A stretch of DNA of 64,000 bases, taken from positions 154,869-218,868 of the forward strand of contig JBBAAI010000001.1 in NCBI GenBank assembly GCA_041658325.1, given 5' to 3'. This document shows positions 58,003-64,000 of the stretch, piece after piece. Both the position numbers and the translations under genes were made by a program. This DNA is from Minisyncoccota bacterium (lineage in GTDB: Bacteria; Patescibacteriota; Minisyncoccia; Phycocordibacterales; UBA9973). How positions within the stretch are numbered: position 1 is the first letter of the stretch; the number at the start of each line of letters is the position of its first letter. The notes under the pieces were generated by a model that searched no databases, was not told where the DNA came from, and worked only from the letters and a program-made list of their open reading frames with translations.

Positions 58003-58551
58003 ATGAAACACTTAAACGTAAAAGAAAAAGAAATAGAGGCATTTGGAAAAATGAAAGACGCTTTTCATTTTAAAAATGTGATGGCTTCTCCAAAAATGAA
58101 GAAAGTCGTAATCAATGTCGGCACAGGAACGATGGTCAAGAAAGACAAAAATAAAAATGAAGCCGTAGCAGACAGGTTAGCAAAAATTACCGGGCAAAAA
58201 ACTGCCTTGCGAGGAGCGAAGCAATCCATTTCTTCTTTTAAAATTCGCCAAGGAGATCCTGTCGGAGTTGTCGTCACTCTTCGTGGTAAAAGAATGTTCG
58301 CCTTTTTGGAAAAATTAATTAATGTGGCGCTTCCTCGTACGAAGGACTTCCGTGGTATTAATCGTAAAGCAGTAGATAATATCGGGAACTTAACTATCGG
58401 CATCAAAGAACATACCATTTTCCCAGAAACAGCTGATGAAGATATCCGCGACGTTTTCGGTTTGTCTATCACCCTTGTTTCAACTGCAAAAAACAAAAAA
58501 GAAGGCACCGCCTTCTTCGAACTCCTAGGTGTTCCTTTTAAAAAGGAATAA
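58003..58551 (+). CDS. rplE: 50S ribosomal protein L5
   Basis: 182 aa; order; conserved L5 core. Confidence 0.95.
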   Translation: MKHLNVKEKEIEAFGKMKDAFHFKNVMASPKMKKVVINVGTGTMVKKDKNKNEAVADRLAKITGQKTALRGAKQSISSFKIRQGDPVGVVVTLRGKRMFAFLEKLINVALPRTKDFRGINRKAVDNIGNLTIGIKEHTIFPETADEDIRDVFGLSITLVSTAKNKKEGTAFFELLGVPFKKE

Positions 58552-58561
58552 AACTTTCTAT

Positions 58562-58590
58562 TGACTTTTTCTTAAAATATGCTATCCTAT
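58562..58590 (+). promoter_or_regulatory. sigma70-like promoter for DGR target gene
   Basis: ttgact-N17-tatcct; followed by a 46-nt leader hairpin gtcatagcca...tggctatgac (58626-58671). Confidence 0.45.
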
Positions 58591-58750
58591 AAAGATAGTT
58601 CTTTAAAATTACTTGCGAAGGTGGTCATAGCCAAAAGGTGCTTAATATTAGGCATTTCCTGGCTATGACTACCGTTGTGGTTGTCCTCTAGCAAAAACCT
58701 AACCGATGCGTCCTATGGGATGTGTCAAAGAAAAAGGAAGGATGTGCCAA

Positions 58751-59377
58751 ATGGCAAATGCGTCCGAAATCTCTGTCGGTTTAGTTCACGAGCTCGCCAT
58801 CACGGGCACCAAGGTCGGATTCGAGCCCAAAGACTTCGCTACTCTCGCCCACAGCGAGGAAAGGATGTCTTCCATCCTCGGCGTGCTTCATGGTACGCAC
58901 GAGATCCGTCCGATCGATTATGTGATCGATTTCAACTCTCCGGCTCGGTTGCCGTTCAACGGTGCCGTGCTCGAGGTGCACCGCGGAACGGGCATCGTCA
59001 AGCTCGAGAAGAAGGCCGACGGCCTGTATCTCGACGGAAAGAAGCTCACGCTCTTTCTCTCCAAGAAGCAGAAAAAGGGAGGCGTCATCGAGGGCAACAA
59101 GCTTCGCATCGAGCTCGAAAAGAGGGGTAAAAATGTAGGAGCGAAACTCCTTGACCACTTCGTCGAGCATCCAGAGATGTGGCCCGAGGAGTGGAAGAAG
59201 GACGACCAGGGTAATACGCTCTACGTGTTTTTCTGGGATGACATCTTCCGCAACCCGGCGTGTGGCGATCTGTATGTCCGGTGTGGGTGCTGGCGCGGAG
59301 GCGAGGTCATCTCGGGCTACGACTGGCTCGGCGATGACTGGCGCGGCCGCAGCCCGGCTGTCTCTTCCGTAAGTTAG
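58751..59377 (+). CDS. DGR target (variable) protein; C-terminal VR; GC-rich
   Basis: About 208 aa. The 3' 124 bp is homologous to the TR with mismatches only at TR adenines. Start chosen at MANASEISVG (aggaagg SD 9 nt upstream); ORF track alternative start is 58706. Confidence 0.75.
   Translation: MANASEISVGLVHELAITGTKVGFEPKDFATLAHSEERMSSILGVLHGTHEIRPIDYVIDFNSPARLPFNGAVLEVHRGTGIVKLEKKADGLYLDGKKLTLFLSKKQKKGGVIEGNKLRIELEKRGKNVGAKLLDHFVEHPEMWPEEWKKDDQGNTLYVFFWDDIFRNPACGDLYVRCGCWRGGEVISGYDWLGDDWRGRSPAVSSVS
59246..59369 (+). repeat. DGR variable repeat (VR)
   Basis: ttccgcaacccggcg...gctgtctcttccg; 104/124 identical to TR; all 20 mismatches lie opposite TR adenines. Confidence 0.85.
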
Positions 59378-59426
59378 TAATCAGAACTTTGCCTCTTGGA
59401 TCTTCTTGATCCTTGAGACTTAGTCC

Positions 59427-59473
59427 TTGGGCCCTGTGTGTTTGCTTCGGCATTCGCGCAGGGCCTTTTGTTT
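59427..59473 (+). terminator. hairpin + T-run after target gene
   Basis: gggccctg tgtgtttgcttcggcattcgcg cagggcc ttttgtttt. Confidence 0.55.
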
Positions 59474-59706
59474 TGGTAAAATAAATATGGTAGTAGGTGA
59501 ATACGCGAGCGACCACGGTTTCTCGCTACCGAATCCAGTATCCGTATGTCGAGAATATTTGCGACTAAGGTTTCAAATAGGGTGATATACGAAGACACTT
59601 CAAAAATGAAGTTACTTGGTGTAAGGTGCTATGGCATTACGATGCCGAATACGATACAACCTTGAGAGTATTCAAAAGGTGGTGGCACAGAAGGCAGCTT
59701 ACACAT

Positions 59707-59830
59707 TTCCGCAACCCGGCGAATGGCAATCTGTATGTCCGGTATGGGTACTGGAACGAAGGCAAGGTCATCTCGAACTACAACTGGCTCGACAATGACT
59801 GGAACGGCAACAACCCGGCTATCTCTTCCG
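59707..59830 (+). repeat. DGR template repeat (TR)
   Basis: Intergenic copy of VR, rich in AAC/AAT codons (nine Asn codons in VR frame). The open frame in the ORF track (59626..59859) is a consequence of VR homology. Confidence 0.85.
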
Positions 59831-59839
59831 CAACTTACT

Positions 59840-60205
59840 TCATTTCTCTCTCGTCTTAACGGCGGGAGAGTTTTGTTTTAGGAGTTGTCCGTTCCAACCC
59901 CCGAGCATTTTTCCAATTTCTTCTATTTTTTGAGAAAGAACAATATATTTTTTATCGTCAATTGATTTTGCTTCCCATAAAACCATCAAAAGTATTTTTA
60001 GAGTATCTGATTTTCGTATCGCTAACCGAACCCAAGGATGTTTTTCTTCTCGAGATAAAAAAGTAGCGATAGAAACAGCTTCAATAATTTCAATAAACAT
60101 CGTATCAATCTTTAATCCCAAAGAGTGCTTGTGTATTTTGGGCAGAATTTGATAAAAGGTAATCCAGAGAAGATAACAGCTCTTAACTTTTGCCAATAAT
60201 GGCAA
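59840..60205 (-). CDS. avd: Avd-like four-helix-bundle accessory protein (TIGR02436 / 23S rRNA-IVS protein family-like)
   Basis: About 120 aa; EAVSIATFLSRE and EEIGKMLGGW match the AVSIPSNIAEG and eeIgkML signatures of the family; lies between TR and RT on the opposite strand; apparent TTG start. Confidence 0.5.
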   Translation of the reverse strand: MPLLAKVKSCYLLWITFYQILPKIHKHSLGLKIDTMFIEIIEAVSIATFLSREEKHPWVRLAIRKSDTLKILLMVLWEAKSIDDKKYIVLSQKIEEIGKMLGGWNGQLLKQNSPAVKTREK

Positions 60206-60210
60206 AAGTT

Positions 60211-60220
60211 GGGGGGGGGG
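60211..60220. repeat. G10 homopolymeric tract in the divergent avd/RT intergenic region
   Basis: gtt gggggggggg tac, 17 nt upstream of the RT ATG. Confidence 0.9.
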
Positions 60221-60236
60221 TACTATTATAAATACT

Positions 60237-61253
60237 ATGTCCCGAATCCAATTTAGTCATACTTACGACTATATCATTTCTCTAGAAAATCTGCTTTTGG
60301 CGTGGAAAGAATTTGTTGTCGGCAAGAAAAATCGCAAAGACGTAGAAGAATTTCAAAGAAATTTGATGACTAATATAATTTCGTTACATACGGATTTAGT
60401 AAATAAAGCATACAAGCATTCCCAATATGAAGCATTTAATATTTCTGACCCAAAACCGCGCAATATTCACAAAGCGAAAGTACGGGACAGATTATTACAT
60501 CATGCGATTTATCGAGTTTTGTATCCTTTTTTTGACAGGACATTTATTACTGACTCCTATTCTTGCAGAAAAAACAAAGGAACACATAAAGCCATAAACA
60601 GATTCAGAAAATTTGCCTATCAAGCGTCAAAAAATCATACCAGAACAGTTTGGGTTTTGAAAGGGGATATTAAAAAATTCTTTGCTAATATTGATCACGA
60701 AATATTAAAAGGAATTTTGAGAAAACATATTCAAGATAAAAATGTTCTTTGGCTCTTGGGGCAGGTGATAGATAGCTTTTCTTCCCAAAAACATATTTAC
60801 GCTATCGCTGATATATGCAGTAAGGGTTTACCACTCGGCAATCTAACTTCCCAACTTTTAGTAAATATTTATATGAATGAATTTGATCAATTTGTGAAAC
60901 ATAAAATCAAAGCGAAACACTATGTTCGTTATGCGGATGATTTTGTAATTTTGTCGCAAAATAGAAAATGGTTAGAAAATACAATTGTTAGAATAAAAGA
61001 TTTTCTTGAAAATGAACTTATGCTTTCTTTACATCCTGCAAAATTATCCATAAGTACCGTTGCCTCTGGCGTGGATTTTTTGGGTTGGGTTTTATTTCCA
61101 GACCATAGGGTAGTCAGGACTATCACGAAACGGAGGATGTTTCATGGTGTAAAAAAGAAGCACGGGAGTTTTGAAACAGTGCAATCATATCTAGGCTTGT
61201 TAAGCCATGGAAATGCAAGAAAGTTAGAAAGTGAGATAAAAAATTATATTTGA
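60237..61253 (+). CDS. DGR-type reverse transcriptase
   Basis: RT motifs 1-2 (ISDPKPRNIHKAKVRDRLLHHAIY), motif 4 LGNLTSQLLVNIYM with DGR-specific SQ, motif 5 YVRYADDFVIL (YADD); 338 aa. Confidence 0.85.
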   Translation: MSRIQFSHTYDYIISLENLLLAWKEFVVGKKNRKDVEEFQRNLMTNIISLHTDLVNKAYKHSQYEAFNISDPKPRNIHKAKVRDRLLHHAIYRVLYPFFDRTFITDSYSCRKNKGTHKAINRFRKFAYQASKNHTRTVWVLKGDIKKFFANIDHEILKGILRKHIQDKNVLWLLGQVIDSFSSQKHIYAIADICSKGLPLGNLTSQLLVNIYMNEFDQFVKHKIKAKHYVRYADDFVILSQNRKWLENTIVRIKDFLENELMLSLHPAKLSISTVASGVDFLGWVLFPDHRVVRTITKRRMFHGVKKKHGSFETVQSYLGLLSHGNARKLESEIKNYI

Positions 61254-61391
61254 CTCTTTTGGGATTATTTGCTAATATCAAAACAAGGGAATAGGGCTTT
61301 GATTAATCCACTTTTCTCCTTTAATTCTTTAGTTTTAAAGGGTTAAAGAAAAAAAGTGAGATATTAACGGAGCAATCCTGATAAATTATTT

Positions 61392-61577
61392 ATGGCAAAA
61401 ACATCAGTAAAAGCTAGAGCAGCAAAAAAACCAAAATTTTCTACTCGACAGAAAAATCGATGTTTTCGCTGTGGCCGAGGAAATGGTTTTATGCGTGATT
61501 TCGGTATTTGCCGAATTTGTTTTAGAGAATTAGCAAACGAAGGAATGCTTCCGGGTGTTCGTAAATCAAGTTGGTAA
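61392..61577 (+). CDS. rpsZ: 30S ribosomal protein S14 type Z (zinc-binding)
   Basis: 61 aa; [23 protein letters not shown]. Confidence 0.95.
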   Translation: MAKTSVKARAAKKPKFSTRQKNRCFRCGRGNGFMRDFGICRICFRELANEGMLPGVRKSSW

Positions 61578-61583
61578 AATTTT

Positions 61584-61970
61584 ATGGATCCAATTTCAAA
61601 CATGATAATAATAATGAAGAACGGAAGCCTTGCAAACAAGGAGTCTGTTTCAATTCCTTTTTCTAAGATGAAAAATGCGATCGGCGAATGTTTGAAAAAA
61701 GCTGGATATGTTTCTGAAGTTTCAAAAAAAGTTAAAAAAGGTCAGCCAGTTTTAGAAGTGGGGCTGATCTATGTAGATAAAAAACCAAAAATCGCAGAAG
61801 TAGAAAGAATTTCTAAACAATCTCGCCGAGTTTATTTTGGTATGAAAGATATTCATTCTGTCCGAAATGGCTCAGGCTTGCTTGTGCTTTCAACACCGAA
61901 AGGAATTTTGTCAGGCAAAGATGCTCGCAAAGAACAAGTTGGAGGCGAAGCATTATTTAGAATTTGGTAG
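61584..61970 (+). CDS. rpsH: 30S ribosomal protein S8
   Basis: order; 128 aa. Confidence 0.9.
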   Translation: MDPISNMIIIMKNGSLANKESVSIPFSKMKNAIGECLKKAGYVSEVSKKVKKGQPVLEVGLIYVDKKPKIAEVERISKQSRRVYFGMKDIHSVRNGSGLLVLSTPKGILSGKDARKEQVGGEALFRIW

Positions 61971-62512
61971 AAAATTTTATGAGTAGAATAGGCAAACAAG
62001 AAATATTAATACCAGCCGGAATAAAGATCACCCAAAGTGGTGGAGTTGTTGCTGTAGTAGGCCCAAAAGGAACACTTACTAAAAATTTCAGAGATGATAT
62101 TACTATTACCATTACTGATAAAATGGTAACTTTAAATATAAAAAGAAACGATAAATTTTCCAAATCTCTCTGGGGTACCTATGCTTCACATATAAAAAAT
62201 ATGATTACTGGTGTCCAAGTTCCATATCAAAAGAAATTAATTTTAGAAGGAGTTGGATTTAAGTCTGAGGTTAAGGGCAAAGAACTCCATTTCGCTCTTG
62301 GTTTTTCTCATCCTGTTATTGTAAAAATTCCAGAAGGCATTACTGCTACTGCAGAGAAAAACAATATTACCATTACTGGTATTGATAAAGAATTAGTTGG
62401 TAGTTTCACCGCGGCTGTTCGTGCCCTGAAGAAACCAGAACCATATAAAGGTAAAGGAATGCGTTATGAAGGTGAAGTTATCAGACGAAAACAAGGCAAG
62501 AAGACAGTGTAA
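61964..62512 (+). CDS. rplF: 50S ribosomal protein L6
   Basis: order; two-domain L6. Confidence 0.9.
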   Translation: MVENFMSRIGKQEILIPAGIKITQSGGVVAVVGPKGTLTKNFRDDITITITDKMVTLNIKRNDKFSKSLWGTYASHIKNMITGVQVPYQKKLILEGVGFKSEVKGKELHFALGFSHPVIVKIPEGITATAEKNNITITGIDKELVGSFTAAVRALKKPEPYKGKGMRYEGEVIRRKQGKKTV

Positions 62513-62530
62513 AAATAATTTTAAAATAAA

Positions 62531-62872
62531 ATGATTAAAAAAGACGACAAAAGAATACGCTTAAAGAAAAAGATCAGAGTAAAAATCCAGGGTACTGATA
62601 TGCGTCCTCGCTTGACCGTTTTTCGATCCAACAAGTTTATTTATGCTCAAGTTATAAATGATGTGACAGGCAAGACTTTGGCGCAAGCGAGCGACGTGAA
62701 GACGACCAAAGGCACAAAGACAGAGCGAGCGAAAGAAGTCGGGAAGTCTATCGGCGCAGCTTGTCTCGCAAAAAAAATTAAGAAAGTTGTTTTTGATCGT
62801 AATGGATTTAAATATACTGGAAGAATAAAATTAGTAGCTGACGAAGCCCGCGTCAGTGGTCTTGAGTTTTAG
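62531..62872 (+). CDS. rplR: 50S ribosomal protein L18
   Basis: order; RLTVFRSNKFIYAQVI motif. Confidence 0.9.
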   Translation: MIKKDDKRIRLKKKIRVKIQGTDMRPRLTVFRSNKFIYAQVINDVTGKTLAQASDVKTTKGTKTERAKEVGKSIGAACLAKKIKKVVFDRNGFKYTGRIKLVADEARVSGLEF

Positions 62873-62891
62873 GGATTAGAATTTTAACTTT

Positions 62892-63482
62892 ATGGAAAAC
62901 ACAAAAGCAAAAGAAAATACAGGAACAAGAGAAAAAAGAAACAGTGGCCGTCGAGGTTCCTCTTTCAACAGAGTCAAGCCAGAATTTGATCAAAAGATTT
63001 TAAATATTCGCCGAGTTACTCGTGTGGTCGCTGGTGGACGCAGATTTTCTTTTTCTGTAGCGCTTGTCGCGGGGGACAAAAAGGGAGCTGTTGGTTTAGG
63101 ATTGGGAAAAGCTGGAGATACCGCTTTGGCGATCAATAAAGCTTTAAGAAATGCCAAGAAAAATATGATTAGATTGAATCTTACCAAAACAATGTCTATT
63201 CCGCATGAGCTATCTGCTAAGTTTTCAAGTTCATCTGTGATGTTAAGGCCTAACAAAGGTCGTGGGCTTGTGGCTGGTTCGGTTATTCGAGACATTATAA
63301 AACTTTCCGGAGTTAAAGATATTACTGGAAAAATTTTATCCAACAGTAAAAATAAATTAAATAATGCAAAGGCAGTAATGTCGGCGTTATCCGTGATTTC
63401 TTCAAAATACGCAAAAATCGCCCCAGAAAGTGTAGTTGTCGCGGGGAAGGAAGTAACTGTACCAGTAGAAGAATCCCAGTAG
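62892..63482 (+). CDS. rpsE: 30S ribosomal protein S5
   Basis: dsRBD + S5 C-domain; RVTRVVAGGRRFSF. Confidence 0.95.
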   Translation: MENTKAKENTGTREKRNSGRRGSSFNRVKPEFDQKILNIRRVTRVVAGGRRFSFSVALVAGDKKGAVGLGLGKAGDTALAINKALRNAKKNMIRLNLTKTMSIPHELSAKFSSSSVMLRPNKGRGLVAGSVIRDIIKLSGVKDITGKILSNSKNKLNNAKAVMSALSVISSKYAKIAPESVVVAGKEVTVPVEESQ

Positions 63483-63515
63483 TAGAGTAAAGCTCACTAC
63501 GGGATAAATAATTTT

Positions 63516-63818
63516 ATGCAAATACATAATTTAAAAAGAGAACATAAGAATAAAAAAGACAGACTTGTTGGTCGTGGAGGAAAACATGCGAAGACTTCTG
63601 GCCGTGGAGGAAAAGGACAAACAGCCCGCGCGGGTAACAAGCGTCGCCCAGAGCTTCGTGATATCATTAAGAAATTGCCTAAGAATCGCGGATATCAATT
63701 TAAGTCCATTCAAAAGGTTTTTATCTTAGAGAAAGACAAACTTGCTAATAAGACAGAGAAATTTTCTGAAATACGAAAACGTTTAGGAATCAAAGGAAAA
63801 AAGATCAGAATTAAATAA
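63516..63818 (+). CDS. rplO: 50S ribosomal protein L15 (short)
   Basis: GRGGKHAKTSGRGGKGQTARAG Gly/Arg-rich N-terminus; follows rpsE directly (no L30). Confidence 0.8.
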   Translation: MQIHNLKREHKNKKDRLVGRGGKHAKTSGRGGKGQTARAGNKRRPELRDIIKKLPKNRGYQFKSIQKVFILEKDKLANKTEKFSEIRKRLGIKGKKIRIK

Positions 63819-63845
63819 CTGCTAGTTTAACGTCACACAATATTA

Positions 63846-64000
63846 TGCAAAATTTTTGGAATAAAATAAAATTAATTTGGACAGACCCAATCTTGCGTAA
63901 AAAAGTTTTGTTCGTATTTTTTGCGTTAATAGTATTCAGATTACTTTCTGCTATTCCGATACCAGGTATTGATACCGTAGAGCTCAATAGATTTCTATCC
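63846..64000 (+). CDS. secY: preprotein translocase SecY (5' partial, continues past window end)
   Basis: MQNFWNKIKLIWTDPILRKKVLFVFFALIVFRLLSAIPIPGI typical SecY start; spc-operon position. Confidence 0.85.

Noticed and set aside
58675-59598. Multiple overlapping ORFs in other frames/strands across the DGR target gene (58675..59130+, 58781..59170-, 58918..59109-, 59151..59372+, 59307..59516-, 59374..59598-)
   Set aside because: Artefacts of high GC content. Only the frame ending in the VR is consistent with VR/TR homology and has an RBS.
59626-59859. 77-aa ORF covering the template repeat
   Set aside because: It is open only because the TR is a copy of the in-frame VR. TRs are non-coding templates. 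There is no RBS, and the sequence upstream of the homology is unrelated to the target protein.
1-64000. CRISPR arrays, rRNA genes, transposase or integrase genes
   Set aside because: No short regularly spaced direct repeats, no 16S/23S/5S signature stretches, and no transposase or integrase-like ORFs were seen. The only retroelement is the DGR RT.

Overview
This is a low-GC (about 33-35%), densely coded bacterial window with short genes and the gene content of a Candidate Phyla Radiation / Patescibacteria (Parcubacteria-like) genome. There is no rpmD (L30) between rpsE and rplO and no rplA after rplK, which fits that placement. Most of the window is housekeeping: dnaN, a class A PBP, tyrS, ruvC-yebC-ruvB, a PilB-type ATPase, polA, uvrB-uvrA-uvrC, fpg, ruvA and rpsT. 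It also holds an ABC-F ATPase, two large surface or secreted proteins, pilMNO, nine tRNAs, rplS, a t6A pair (tsaE/tsaC), murB and secE-nusG-rplK. A dTMP-synthesis module (dCMP deaminase, T4-like dNMP kinase, long ThyX-like protein) sits directly after rplK. The str, S10 and spc ribosomal operons follow and run to a secY start at the window end.

The main finding is a complete diversity-generating retroelement (DGR) inserted inside the spc operon between rplE and rpsZ. It consists of a GC-rich target gene whose 3' end is a 124-bp variable repeat (VR), a cognate template repeat (TR) about 460 bp downstream, an Avd-like four-helix-bundle gene on the opposite strand, and a reverse transcriptase. 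The RT carries the DGR-specific LGxxxSQ motif in place of QGxxxSP, together with a YADD box. All 20 VR/TR mismatches fall on TR adenines. A G10 homopolymer lies in the 31-bp divergent avd/RT intergenic region.

Other observations worth a second look:
- GC-rich, hairpin-forming elements inserted in-frame into polA, uvrB and uvrC, in the manner of Rickettsia palindromic elements. One 36-nt element is shared by polA and uvrC.
- A perfect 303-bp tandem duplication inside a surface-protein gene.
- A compositionally foreign collagen-like Gly/Tyr-rich secreted protein gene.
- A small GC-rich basic ORF with a strong Shine-Dalgarno site between rplB and rpsS.
- Two unassigned structured-RNA candidates: a ~300-nt RNA with a tRNA-like T-arm at 45.5 kb, and an SRP-RNA-like element at 7.6 kb.
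- A stand-alone receiver domain between fusA and tuf.
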